From a virus (taxonomy: Duplodnaviria; Caudoviricetes): a DNA stretch of 56,764 nucleotides. The position numbers and the translations under genes are program-made. Where the stretch lies: the IMG/VR virus record IMGVR_UViG_3300037424_002697, positions 1-56,764 of that record. One strand, written 5' to 3'. Under the pieces are notes generated by a model that ran no database searches, was not told where the DNA came from, and saw only the letters and a program-made list of their open reading frames with translations. Positions 18,579 through 27,112 of the stretch are shown in pieces (position 1 is the stretch's first letter; each line of letters opens with the position of its first letter).

Positions 18579-18964
18579 CGGGGTGCTTCGGGTATGGCTT
18601 GAATTTTGGCGGTGATGGCCTGAACGGTGTTGCTTGACAGGTTGCCGTTTGCGTCCTTGGCGAACATGAAGGCCGCGCCCGGCTGCATGACCGCTGTGTT
18701 GCCGACGGCGAGGCGCTGGTAAATTCCACCGGATCGGTTGAAGATGCCGCTGTAGCGCAGTTCCATGATCACGGATGGGCCGTTGGTGGGCACGAGGGCC
18801 ATCTCTGCCCGTGCGTAACCGAACTTCGCGCTGTAAAGCTGCGTGGCTGGGTTCTCCGCAATTTGAACACCGAGGATCGTGCTGGTGCTGCTGATCACGT
18901 AGTTGTGGTTGATGGCACTGCACCCTGTCATGAGCAGGATGGCGAAAAAAGCGCAGGTTTTCAT
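18575..18964 (-). CDS. Lipoprotein
   Basis: MKTCAFFAILLMTGC lipobox. Confidence 0.7.
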   Translation of the reverse strand: MKTCAFFAILLMTGCSAINHNYVISSTSTILGVQIAENPATQLYSAKFGYARAEMALVPTNGPSVIMELRYSGIFNRSGGIYQRLAVGNTAVMQPGAAFMFAKDANGNLSSNTVQAITAKIQAIPEAPR

Positions 18965-19218
18965 TTTAGGTCGATTACGACGTTGGCGTTCGTGGGCACG
19001 GTCACGGTGGTAAAACTGGACAGACCCACGCTTATCTGGCCGTTGCCCGCGTTAAAGCCAATGGCCTTGGACGTAAAGACAGTTGGATGATTGGTGTTTA
19101 CAGTCACCCAGCCGAATCCCACGATCGGGTACCAGAGGCCAGTCTTGGTCGCGCAGCCGCAAAGCAGCATTGCCAGAGCAATGCTGCTTTTCAGTTCTGT
19201 GTGACGAAGATGCGGCAC
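18961..19218 (-). CDS. Lipoprotein
   Basis: IALAMLLCGC lipobox; GTATTTA 4 nt upstream. Confidence 0.65.
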   Translation of the reverse strand: MPHLRHTELKSSIALAMLLCGCATKTGLWYPIVGFGWVTVNTNHPTVFTSKAIGFNAGNGQISVGLSSFTTVTVPTNANVVIDLK

Positions 19219-19264
19219 ACACTAAATACCTGCGCTACCCGGAGAGGGTGGTAGTTACTGCAAC

Positions 19265-19672
19265 ATGAAACGCGTGTACACTGACGAGAACTTTCCCGGC
19301 TACGAGGTCGTGAACAACGGTCGAACGCTTTTTGAGGTTTTTCTGAGGGGAAAGATTGTCAGCACCTTTGAATCGTGGGATCGGCCAGATGGCACGATCA
19401 CTGAAACAGCGGCGGCCCGCCGCGCCGTGGATTTCTTCAATCGGATGCGGGCGGTGCCGCTGGAAGAAATGGATGTGGCGGAGTTGCCGGAAGGCATCAA
19501 TGCTCCAGTTCGGAGGCCGACTACTCAGGAGATCGACCAGTTGATGTCCAAGGAGAAACTGGAATCAGTGTCGGAGCGCAGGCAGGCGCTGCGCCGCCAC
19601 ATCCTTAACTTGATGCGGCAGGAGGAATCGCTGGCGGAGGCGGTGGTGAATCATCTGGTCGAAGCGCCGTGA
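19265..19672 (+). CDS. Hypothetical protein, candidate head protein
   Basis: GTAGTTA 7 nt upstream; C-terminal ESLAEAVVNHLVE. Confidence 0.7.
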   Translation: MKRVYTDENFPGYEVVNNGRTLFEVFLRGKIVSTFESWDRPDGTITETAAARRAVDFFNRMRAVPLEEMDVAELPEGINAPVRRPTTQEIDQLMSKEKLESVSERRQALRRHILNLMRQEESLAEAVVNHLVEAP

Positions 19673-19899
19673 TCTTTGGCTTTGCGCAATACTTGAATTA
19701 CGTAGTGTACTGTAAACGGCACGTTTCCAAGTTCAATACCAACGGGCTGAGTTAGAACCCATTCCCGACATTCGTTGCTCGGTGCACGCAGGCTTTCACA
19801 TGGTCCACATCCTTTGTGCGGTTCACCGTTCGAGTGGCATACAGTCTCGTGGAGAGTGACAAGCTGTTTAAACACTTCCAGTTGAGTTGGTGTGTTCAC
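19651..19899 (-). CDS. Hypothetical protein
   Basis: GTG start overlapping the upstream TAG; Cys/His cluster. Confidence 0.5.
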   Translation of the reverse strand: MNTPTQLEVFKQLVTLHETVCHSNGEPHKGCGPCESLRAPSNECREWVLTQPVGIELGNVPFTVHYVIQVLRKAKDHGASTR

Positions 19900-20192
19900 T
19901 AATCCTTTGGAAATTGATGGAGCGGCCATTGGGCGATGATTTTTAGCCACATATCCGTGACGAACTGTCGAGCTTCTGGTTCAGATTTGAAGGTGCGTTT
20001 AAGCCTGATCCATTTCCATCCGCTGTGCGCATTCGCGTCTTTGACGGCAAAACTTACACGAGTCAAGGCGTCTTCCTGACACCCTCCGATGCTTCCAACC
20101 ACGTGTCCTGTAATTTTGATGTCCGTATGGTGTGGCTCAAACGAACGGTAACGCCCGACGGGGATGTGTTTTTTGAATGTCGGTTTGCTCAT
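19899..20192 (-). CDS. Hypothetical protein
   Basis: 97-aa ORF in a packed minus-strand operon. Confidence 0.6.
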   Translation of the reverse strand: MSKPTFKKHIPVGRYRSFEPHHTDIKITGHVVGSIGGCQEDALTRVSFAVKDANAHSGWKWIRLKRTFKSEPEARQFVTDMWLKIIAQWPLHQFPKD

Positions 20193-20195
20193 AGT

Positions 20196-20564
20196 TTATC
20201 GCGGGTGTTGCGGCTTGCTCAGGTGGTGAACCGTCCATGCTTCTGGAGTTCCAAACTCGTAAATCCACGAGTTGGACCCTACGTAAGTGCCGTCCAAGGC
20301 GCAGCCTGTGACGGTAACGACTGTCTTGCGCCAGAGCAACGCGCCCTTGATTGGCATGACCTGCCCGATTTCAGCGATGCCGAGGTACTTGCCATCTTGA
20401 TATACGTCGAGCCGAAAGCCGCTGTTGTTGACAAGGCTGTACTGACTACTGGGCATGTCCATCGGGTGGCAGCCCGCGCCGATGGTGCTACGGCTGTAGG
20501 GATAATTGTAGGTGCATCCGCTGGTCAACAGTGTCAGCGCCAATAGGAGTGTGGGTGTTTTCAT
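20196..20564 (-). CDS. Lipoprotein
   Basis: Likely real start MKTPTLLLALTLLTSGC at 20564, inside the 273-aa track ORF. Confidence 0.7.
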   Translation of the reverse strand: MKTPTLLLALTLLTSGCTYNYPYSRSTIGAGCHPMDMPSSQYSLVNNSGFRLDVYQDGKYLGIAEIGQVMPIKGALLWRKTVVTVTGCALDGTYVGSNSWIYEFGTPEAWTVHHLSKPQHPR

Positions 20565-21117
20565 TTTTTGATTCAGTGGTTTCAACTTCTGGCTCAATAG
20601 GCGGCGTGAATATGTAGCCCTGTTCGCGCCGGTAAGTGTCGATGGCATCGGATTCGACGAGTTCGCACATGATCTCCGCAGGCTTGCCGTGGCCGGGCTG
20701 CCAGCGGTGCCAGAGTTCGTGTGCCACGAGCCCGACCAAATGTTCTTTCCAGTCTTTGTGCCAGAACACGGGCATATCTTTGAACAATGGATAGGTGGTC
20801 TTTTGGGCTTCGGTATGAAGTTTGCCGATGTAGACGCGGGAGACGCATCCGCAACAACGGCCCCACCAGAATCCGTGCTGGCCTTTGTTGAGAATGATCT
20901 GCGGCGTGTGGAGCATTCGGAGCAGGAAATTGACACCGTGGTCGTGGAAGCCTGCGCGTTGGATGTGGCGGAAAGCGCTGGCCACGAGTGGGCGGATGTC
21001 GGCCCACGGGATACCAACGGTGTGCTCGAAGTAGATTACGTCGAGCGTTGTTTTTGGCGCTTTCAGCCCGCGTGCCTTCATGGCCGGGCAGTGGACTTTG
21101 AGCTTCTTGGCTTTCAT
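20488..21117 (-). CDS. Zincin-like HExxH metallopeptidase-domain protein
   Basis: LVAHELWHRWQ..H..E. Confidence 0.6.
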   Translation of the reverse strand: MKAKKLKVHCPAMKARGLKAPKTTLDVIYFEHTVGIPWADIRPLVASAFRHIQRAGFHDHGVNFLLRMLHTPQIILNKGQHGFWWGRCCGCVSRVYIGKLHTEAQKTTYPLFKDMPVFWHKDWKEHLVGLVAHELWHRWQPGHGKPAEIMCELVESDAIDTYRREQGYIFTPPIEPEVETTESKNENTHTPIGADTVDQRMHLQLSLQP

Positions 21118-21389
21118 CGGTTTTTCTTTCGACCTTGCAGGTAAGTGTGAATGGCTTTGACACGGCGGGTAAAAGCCCGATGGCGCGGCATATCTTTGGC
21201 GGCGTAAACACGAAGGCTGACTTCGGCATCCTCCAGTTCCTCCTGAGTGAACGCGTCTTCGGCCTTGTGCTGCAACGCGTCAATTTCAGTGTGAACGCGT
21301 TTGGCCGTGGTGGTTAGTTTCCACAGGCACCAAAGCATCAAAATCACGTAGACCGCAGAGACGCCGATGACAGTAGCGGTAGGATTCAT
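21114..21389 (-). CDS. Membrane-anchored hypothetical protein
   Basis: N-terminal hydrophobic helix followed by a coiled segment. Confidence 0.6.
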   Translation of the reverse strand: MNPTATVIGVSAVYVILMLWCLWKLTTTAKRVHTEIDALQHKAEDAFTQEELEDAEVSLRVYAAKDMPRHRAFTRRVKAIHTYLQGRKKNR

Positions 21390-21817
21390 CGGGCCTCCCG
21401 TTTAATTTTGGCGGCAAGCCGGATGCGACGGTCTGCGGCAGCGATGTTGCGGCGCTCGCGGGCGGTTTTGAGCCTGTCCTTGCGTTCTCGGGCGCGTTCG
21501 AGCTGGGAGCGCAGAACTCTGCTGCGCAGCGCCCATGCGTAGATGTCCTTGAGGTTGACCCGGACCTCCTGACGTGTGCCCTTTGGGTAGAGGACGAGCT
21601 GGTCGACGGCAACGAGTCCGACCACGAGTTTGCGGTGCTTGTCGCGTCCATACATGCCGCCGAGTGGATCACGGCAGACACGCCAGACATCCGCGTTGGT
21701 AACTTTGACTTCCGGCTGGCCGTCCACGCCGATGACCTTGTGGAAGGCAGCCTTGCCGTCATTGTCTTTGACGCGAGTACGGACCGGCACGAGTTTCGTT
21801 TTGCCTATCTCGATCAT
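21386..21817 (-). CDS. Basic hypothetical protein
   Basis: First gene after a sigma-70-like promoter. Confidence 0.65.
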   Translation of the reverse strand: MIEIGKTKLVPVRTRVKDNDGKAAFHKVIGVDGQPEVKVTNADVWRVCRDPLGGMYGRDKHRKLVVGLVAVDQLVLYPKGTRQEVRVNLKDIYAWALRSRVLRSQLERARERKDRLKTARERRNIAAADRRIRLAAKIKREAR

Positions 21818-21824
21818 GCCCCTG

Positions 21825-21853
21825 AGTGTAAACTATCAGGGGAAACTTGTCAA
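21825..21853 (-). promoter_or_regulatory. Sigma-70-like promoter, probably leaderless
   Basis: TTGACA-17nt-TACACT, -10 box 7 nt before ATG 21817. Confidence 0.75.
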
Positions 21854-21862
21854 CATTATATT

Positions 21863-22051
21863 TTAGTAGTAGCCGATTCGTTTGCCGTACTTCTCCATCA
21901 AAGTCATCACAATCTCGCGTTGTTTCGCGCTGAAATACTCACGAGTGAGATTGGAACCGATGAACTGGGCCTCCCAGTCCGAAGTTTCAATTTCAGCGTT
22001 GTCCAGCATTTTCAGGAAGCGCCGGAGTTCTTCGCTGTCGTCAGGTTTCAT
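21863..22051 (-). CDS. Hypothetical protein (62 aa)
   Basis: MKPDDSEEL..SDWEAQFI; ATGA overlap. Confidence 0.6.
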   Translation of the reverse strand: MKPDDSEELRRFLKMLDNAEIETSDWEAQFIGSNLTREYFSAKQREIVMTLMEKYGKRIGYY

Positions 22052-22419
22052 GGTGTCAGTTGTTCCAGCAGCAATTTGATATTGGCTTCTGTCGGTTCGC
22101 TGGGAATGTGCGGCTGTTTTTTCGGTTTGCCTGTGCCGCCGCATTCACAGGTTAAAGCGTACGTTTCGCCATCCCACCCACTGCCGTTACAAACAGGACA
22201 GCACTCTGCTCGCTTTTGTTTCCAGATTGGTTCAAAAATTTTCAACCACCAAGGCGCAAGTGGGTGGCTGAGATCGACGGAAAATTCTTTTGTGTCTTTC
22301 CACCAAGTGAGTCCTATTTTTCGGTTTAAAAGACAGAGTTGAAACGTGTTAGATGCATCTCCGCCGTGTTCCCAAGGTTTGGGTTTTGTCGGCCAGTTAA
22401 GGTAGGACAACAGCTTCAC
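22048..22419 (-). CDS. Hypothetical protein with DnaJ-type CxxCxGxG zinc motif
   Basis: CPVCNGSG..CECGGTG. Confidence 0.6.
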   Translation of the reverse strand: MKLLSYLNWPTKPKPWEHGGDASNTFQLCLLNRKIGLTWWKDTKEFSVDLSHPLAPWWLKIFEPIWKQKRAECCPVCNGSGWDGETYALTCECGGTGKPKKQPHIPSEPTEANIKLLLEQLTP

Positions 22420-22598
22420 TGCTTTATGTGCCCGAGTACGTTGGTCGCCGCGATACTGGCAGTGTATACAGCCGCTTGCAGGCAGGCGAGTGCCATTTTT
22501 AAAGCCAAAGACTCGTGGTCGACCTGTTGATGAATCTGATCTATTTCATGGTTCATTTTACTCAGGTCGGCAATGATTGCGTGGATTTTGTCTAGCAT
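22416..22598 (-). CDS. Hypothetical protein
   Basis: 60-aa ORF in an operon. Confidence 0.5.
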   Translation of the reverse strand: MLDKIHAIIADLSKMNHEIDQIHQQVDHESLALKMALACLQAAVYTASIAATNVLGHIKQ

Positions 22599-22758
22599 GG
22601 TGTGCTTCCTCAGTTAGGGTGGGTGCCGGTAGATTGTCCAACCAAGCAATTAGACTGGCGTCGCAGGCTAGGCCGCATTTGTTACATACATAGTACTGCG
22701 TCGTGTCGCCTTCAACGTGTACGTCGGCTTTGCAGCAGTTTGAGAGGATGACAGTCAT
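22558..22758 (-). CDS. Small zinc-ribbon protein
   Basis: SNCCKA..YVCNKCGLAC. Confidence 0.55.
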   Translation of the reverse strand: MTVILSNCCKADVHVEGDTTQYYVCNKCGLACDASLIAWLDNLPAPTLTEEAHHARQNPRNHCRPE

Positions 22759-23003
22759 TGAGTCGGCGATGATCGTGTTAATTTTGTCACGGTTGTTTTG
22801 TGAACAATCTGGATTTCTTCAGGCATCGGCCTGTTCCAACGCCCGCGCCGCCAGATACGCCATGAACCGTCCTCCATCAGCTTCCACGACGAGCACCAAC
22901 AGTGATGGGTTCGCTCTCGCATCCATTTTTCTTCAGCATCCGGTTTTGGCTGGTTAGGCCAGATCAGGGTACAACTTCGGTGCGCTACTTTTGGGGTGGT
23001 CAT
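22755..23003 (-). CDS. Trp-rich hypothetical protein
   Basis: ATGA overlaps at both ends. Confidence 0.5.
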   Translation of the reverse strand: MTTPKVAHRSCTLIWPNQPKPDAEEKWMRERTHHCWCSSWKLMEDGSWRIWRRGRWNRPMPEEIQIVHKTTVTKLTRSSPTQ

Positions 23004-23263
23004 GTCCAATCGAGCACGCACGGGCCGATGGCGTAAATGGCGACCTTGGCTTTGCGTTGCCCTGCGTCTGCGATGAACTCGAAGATGTCAGAGGATTTGA
23101 GCACCATGATGACGGGTTCCGAGCCTTTTTCGACACCCGTCCAGTCTTTTACGACGAAACCGTTGGTGTCGCTGAAGCGCCAGCGGGCGATGGCTGCTCT
23201 GTCCACGCTGGTCGTGTGTTGTGGTGATGGTGAGGGTGAGGCTGATGGTGGTGGCGTTGCCAT
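23000..23263 (-). CDS. Hypothetical protein
   Basis: GTTCTA 7 nt upstream; Ser/Pro-rich N-terminus. Confidence 0.6.
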   Translation of the reverse strand: MATPPPSASPSPSPQHTTSVDRAAIARWRFSDTNGFVVKDWTGVEKGSEPVIMVLKSSDIFEFIADAGQRKAKVAIYAIGPCVLDWT

Positions 23264-23281
23264 GGCGTTTAGAACAGAAAA

Positions 23282-23755
23282 TCATGCAGGCATCCCTGTG
23301 GCGCACATTGAACATGTGGCTGTCTCAAATACGACCTGATGTTTGGCGCACCATTGTTTCTCGTTTGGGTGTAAACGAGGACCGGAAATTAACACGTGCG
23401 GATGGCCTGCGTTAGCTTGATATACCCGGCGCTCGTCGTGGATCACGTCAATGTTTGAACGCCACATGAATGGAGTTGAGATGCTGATTTGTTCGACCGT
23501 ACCGCCGCGAGCTTCCATGTAAACCAGCAGGCCGAGCACCTGAGACGGAGTGATGTGACTGGCTTCGTCGGTTCCGAGCAACCAGCCACGCGTGGCCGAG
23601 TTCATTTCGATATTGGCTCGCAGCAGCCGGAGGAACTGCTGATCAAGCTCAAGCGTTATTCGGACCTTCTTATCGCGGTTTTGATCTGCTGGCGCAGCAG
23701 CTTGTGGGTTTTTTGTTTCCACCGCCGGGCGAGTCTTTGGTCGTAATTTAGCCAT
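23282..23755 (-). CDS. Hypothetical protein
   Basis: Start moved to MAKLRP at 23755. Confidence 0.55.
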   Translation of the reverse strand: MAKLRPKTRPAVETKNPQAAAPADQNRDKKVRITLELDQQFLRLLRANIEMNSATRGWLLGTDEASHITPSQVLGLLVYMEARGGTVEQISISTPFMWRSNIDVIHDERRVYQANAGHPHVLISGPRLHPNEKQWCAKHQVVFETATCSMCATGMPA

Positions 23756-23768
23756 GTGTCGTGCGGGT

Positions 23769-24830
23769 TTACTGGTGAACTTCATCCGTGGGAGCGTTAA
23801 TGAGCACGGGTTCGATCCATGTGATGCGTTTGGGCGAGTCTTCGCTCCATGGTTTGTGGCCGTAAGGTTGGTTGCGCATGTGCCCGCGCCGCCAGTGCAT
23901 TCTGGGTGAGGCGTGCGTGCCGTGTGCGCCTTGGGCGGGATCGATTCGCCGCGCACGGTAGTCCCAGCCGATCAGATTGGGGTGCCAGAGTTCGTCGACA
24001 CGCCGTCCTTTTTTGGTTTTTTCCGGGCGAGCAACGCCGCCTATTTTGGTGACATTGTGCGCGGCGTTGAGCACCAGCATGATTTTTACGGCGAACGCCT
24101 GAACTTTGGCGTTGAATGTTTTTTCTTCCTCACCTTCGGCGGGCAGTCCTTTGTCATGCCGAGGCAGCACAAAATCAGTAAGCCTTTCTCTGGCTCTGGC
24201 TTCTTCCATGTAGGTAGCATCTTGAAACGGCGCGTTGGCCATTTTGTTTACATTCATGGTTAGCGGGTAACTGCCGGTGTAATCCACTGGAACGGCCACA
24301 GTGGCGCTGTAGACGGGATAAACGATAGTGATGCGGTCGACTTTATTGTCGAAGCCATTGACGCCTTTCACAGGTAATTCGCATGGCGGTAAGTTCTTCA
24401 ATTTGTTTGGATAAATGCCCGCGCTCAAGCGTGTGACGCTGATGAACGGGCACATGAAGCCGAAATAATTCAGCACAAAGTCGGTCGGCAGGACGAACAG
24501 CATCGCGGGTAGCGGCCATTGTATTTCGCTGAATTTGAAGTCTTCCGGGGGCTCGGTTTGAGCCACGGCCTGCGCAAATTCCGACCGCACAAAGTAGGTG
24601 GGCACGCGGTATTCCAGATGCATCAGACAATTGGCCAGACCCGTAACGTGCGGCAGCATGTTCAACTCGGATTCGAAGCCAACCATGTATTCGCTCCAGA
24701 GGGTGAATGCGAAGTATTTGGGATTGAGGTAGCCGTTGGGCGGGATAATCCGTTTTGGGTAAACGGCTTTGAACGTGAGCGGCTGCCGCACCGGCAACTC
24801 TTTTAAAAACTTGTCGAGTTCAGGGTGCAT
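23769..24830 (-). CDS. Phage hypothetical protein with C-terminal HxRRGHxR motif
   Basis: SPRMHWRRGHMRNQPYG..WIEPVLIN; start MHPEL. Confidence 0.75.
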   Translation of the reverse strand: MHPELDKFLKELPVRQPLTFKAVYPKRIIPPNGYLNPKYFAFTLWSEYMVGFESELNMLPHVTGLANCLMHLEYRVPTYFVRSEFAQAVAQTEPPEDFKFSEIQWPLPAMLFVLPTDFVLNYFGFMCPFISVTRLSAGIYPNKLKNLPPCELPVKGVNGFDNKVDRITIVYPVYSATVAVPVDYTGSYPLTMNVNKMANAPFQDATYMEEARARERLTDFVLPRHDKGLPAEGEEEKTFNAKVQAFAVKIMLVLNAAHNVTKIGGVARPEKTKKGRRVDELWHPNLIGWDYRARRIDPAQGAHGTHASPRMHWRRGHMRNQPYGHKPWSEDSPKRITWIEPVLINAPTDEVHQ

Positions 24831-24857
24831 GTTTTGATTTTCTGGTTCACGCTTAGG

Positions 24858-24887
24858 AAGATACGGTAAACACTTTAAGCCTGTCAA
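24858..24887 (-). promoter_or_regulatory. Sigma-70-like promoter
   Basis: TTGACA-18nt-TATCTT. Confidence 0.6.
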
Positions 24888-24973
24888 CCTTAATATTTAC
24901 ACGTTGAACGCTACCTGTAGGTCGAGCAGAGTTGCTGCCCGTACACGCTAATCGTGATTACGAAGGCTGGGGG

Positions 24974-25432
24974 CTATGCCCGGCTGATCCGGTCGAAGAT
25001 TTTTTGTAACAGGGGGCCGTGTGAATCTGGCACCTGAATGGCGCGGGCTTCATCAATGATGTGCTGTAACTGCCCCGGATTGAGTTCTTGGCCTGACATG
25101 AGCGCCTGACCAATGGCCATGTCGAGGTCGCTGTGCGCAAGGTTGGCCAGAATCATGATCAGCACGTCTTTCAACTGGCTCAGCTCTTTTGGATTGAACT
25201 GGCCTCTGGGCGCGGTCATTCTGGTGATGTCATCTTCCTCGCCCATTTCCGAACCCGGCTGGTGCAAGGGCACGGTAACCTTTCGGCCTGAAAGCTTGAG
25301 CGGCCTGCCGGGTATGGGCGGATACTGGCGACCGGGAGGCGGAGTTCCCGGCGAGTGCCCTGATGGCACCGGATTCGTGGGGTCGTCTTCTGCTTCAGTC
25401 AGATTGTGTTGAAAGATTTCTTTAGCCTTCAT
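24974..25432 (-). CDS. Hypothetical protein, candidate internal head protein
   Basis: GTATTTA 8 nt upstream of MKAKEIFQHNLTE. Confidence 0.7.
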   Translation of the reverse strand: MKAKEIFQHNLTEAEDDPTNPVPSGHSPGTPPPGRQYPPIPGRPLKLSGRKVTVPLHQPGSEMGEEDDITRMTAPRGQFNPKELSQLKDVLIMILANLAHSDLDMAIGQALMSGQELNPGQLQHIIDEARAIQVPDSHGPLLQKIFDRISRA

Positions 25433-25503
25433 GTCGTCCATAAATACAATGGGTTTGTTTTGTTCGGTCCCACACTACCAAAACCGTCATAAAACGTAAA
25501 CGC

Positions 25504-25911
25504 CTATTCGTTTCTGTCAACCTGTTTATTTACGTCGGGGTGGAGCAGTGCGGCGGTTCGATCATAAATGAGCGCTCCGCGCTTGTCGTCAACGGCGCGG
25601 GCGGCTTCCGCCATTTCAGCGGCTTTTTTCCATGCGGCATCTCCGCAGGTTTTTTGCATCTGCCGGGCGACGATATAGGGTTCCCAGATGCGTTCGACGA
25701 GCAGGTAATCTCCGTCGCTGTCGTAAAAAGCTTGAATGCCGCTGAGAATGATAATGGCGCTGGATGCCCCGATTTCTGCTTGGCTTTCGTCGTCGATCAA
25801 CAGGCGGGCCAGCGCATTGGCCAGTCCTTCGTTGGGTGCGCCATCAACAAGCGGGAGCAGCCTGACTTTGTGAGATGATGCGGAAGATAGTGTTGGTGGT
25901 TGAGATTCCAT
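25504..25911 (-). CDS. Hypothetical protein
   Basis: ORF overlapping the end of the nucleotidyltransferase; start uncertain. Confidence 0.5.
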   Translation of the reverse strand: MESQPPTLSSASSHKVRLLPLVDGAPNEGLANALARLLIDDESQAEIGASSAIIILSGIQAFYDSDGDYLLVERIWEPYIVARQMQKTCGDAAWKKAAEMAEAARAVDDKRGALIYDRTAALLHPDVNKQVDRNE

Positions 25912-26365
25912 TGGTGAAAGGAATGATTTTGATTTTGGCATTGACCGCGCTGGCGGCAGCACGTTCACCGGGGTCAAGGGTTTCGAGCGTGTAGTCGCCG
26001 CCTTTAACCCAGATATGCGGACGAAGCGTATGGATCAGGTTGTCGCAGCGTTTTTCGTCGAAAATCAAACAGCGATCAACGGATTCAAGGGCGGCAACCA
26101 CAGCGAGACGCTGGTGCTGTGGATTTAGCGGGCGTGTTGGTCCTTTGAGTTGGCGCACACTGTTGTCACTGTTTACAGCCACGATTAATACGATGCCGTT
26201 GCCATTGCCTTGGTTGATTCGTGCGGTTTGCAGGAGTTCGATGTGGCCGTAATGGATGAGGTCAAAACAACCGTTGGTGAGCATGAGCGTGCAGCCGACC
26301 AAATGGTCGAGGTCTTTGCGCCACGCCGCTGGGTCATGGATTATTTTATCCTGCCAGCTTCTCAT
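25844..26365 (-). CDS. RfaE domain II/HldC-like sugar-phosphate nucleotidyltransferase (ADP-heptose synthase type)
   Basis: TNGCFDLIHYGH, VAVNSDNSVRQLKGPTRP, VKGGDY, GISTT. Confidence 0.88.
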   Translation of the reverse strand: MRSWQDKIIHDPAAWRKDLDHLVGCTLMLTNGCFDLIHYGHIELLQTARINQGNGNGIVLIVAVNSDNSVRQLKGPTRPLNPQHQRLAVVAALESVDRCLIFDEKRCDNLIHTLRPHIWVKGGDYTLETLDPGERAAASAVNAKIKIIPFTNGISTTNTIFRIISQSQAAPAC

Positions 26366-26640
26366 TTGGCTTTAAAGTGAAGTTCGGCTTTGCCAGTGAA
26401 CAAAACACCAAGCGCCAATGCTAAAAACTTTTTGATGAGCCGCCACTGTTCGCGCCGGTTGCGGGTTTGGAAATGCAGTTGGTGAACCGTGCCGGGCTTT
26501 ACGTGGAATGTCTGGTCAGGCTGATCTTCAGCAGACAGCCGGTTAATTTCAGCGAATAGCCGGTCAGCTTCCGCGAACGCTTTGTCCGCTTCTTTAAAAG
26601 CGGCGTCGGCATGCTGCCAGATGCGGTCTGTTCTAATCAT
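26362..26640 (-). CDS. Hypothetical protein
   Basis: GTTCTT 8 nt upstream. Confidence 0.6.
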   Translation of the reverse strand: MIRTDRIWQHADAAFKEADKAFAEADRLFAEINRLSAEDQPDQTFHVKPGTVHQLHFQTRNRREQWRLIKKFLALALGVLFTGKAELHFKAK

Positions 26641-26700
26641 AAAATCAAAGAACTTGTAAAATTTATTGATTACTATACAAAACGGGTATACAACTTAAAC

Positions 26701-26775
26701 GCTTCCGTAGCTCAAATGGTAGAGCAAAAGTCTCTAAAACTTTGCGTACGGGTTCAAATCCCGTCGGAAGCGCCA
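26701..26775 (+). tRNA. Amber suppressor tRNA (anticodon CTA), tRNA-Trp-like body
   Basis: Complete cloverleaf: GCTTCCG/CGGAAGC acceptor, GCTC/GAGC D stem, AAAGT-CTCTAAA-ACTTT anticodon arm, ACGGG-TTCAAAT-CCCGT T arm, G discriminator, encoded CCA. Confidence 0.92.
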
Positions 26776-26780
26776 ATTTC

Positions 26781-27080
26781 ATGCGCGAGCCTAAATACAA
26801 ATTGAACAAACGGGATGCGCAGCGCTGGCACGATTTGCTGGTCCGGCACTGTCTTGAGTGCCCGGACAAATCCGGCAAGGTGAAACGGCACCGCAAGTAC
26901 CCGCCGCTCACGCCAGCGGAGAACGTGGAGTTTGAAGCGCTGTGCGCCAAGCGCAGCCGGAAAATTGAATCCCATCCAGTGGTTAAAGCCTCTATCCGGC
27001 GGTCAATGCGCCGACTGCGCAGGGCCGAGAAAATGTTCGCGGAGTTGCAAGTCTTGATGCGTGTTAAAATTCAAAGTTGA
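26781..27080 (+). CDS. Basic hypothetical protein
   Basis: ATG 5 nt after the tRNA 3' end. Confidence 0.6.
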   Translation: MREPKYKLNKRDAQRWHDLLVRHCLECPDKSGKVKRHRKYPPLTPAENVEFEALCAKRSRKIESHPVVKASIRRSMRRLRRAEKMFAELQVLMRVKIQS

Positions 27081-27105
27081 CGGAAAATATAAGCGCGTAT
27101 ACAGT
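27077..27105 (+). promoter_or_regulatory. Sigma-70-like promoter, probably leaderless
   Basis: TTGACG-17nt-TACAGT, 7 nt before ATG 27113. Confidence 0.65.
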
Positions 27106-27112
27106 CAAAAAC

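Noticed and set aside
20565-21017. N-terminal 151 aa of the 273-aa track ORF
   Set aside because: It overlaps the HExxH gene in another frame; the lipoprotein signal starts at 20564.
26701-26775. tRNA-Pyl
   Set aside because: It has a canonical GG D-loop, TTC T-loop and 5-bp anticodon stem, and no pyl genes are in the window.
26826-26840. Sigma-54 promoter-like TGGCACG..TTGC
   Set aside because: Spacing is 2 nt too short and the site is inside a CDS.
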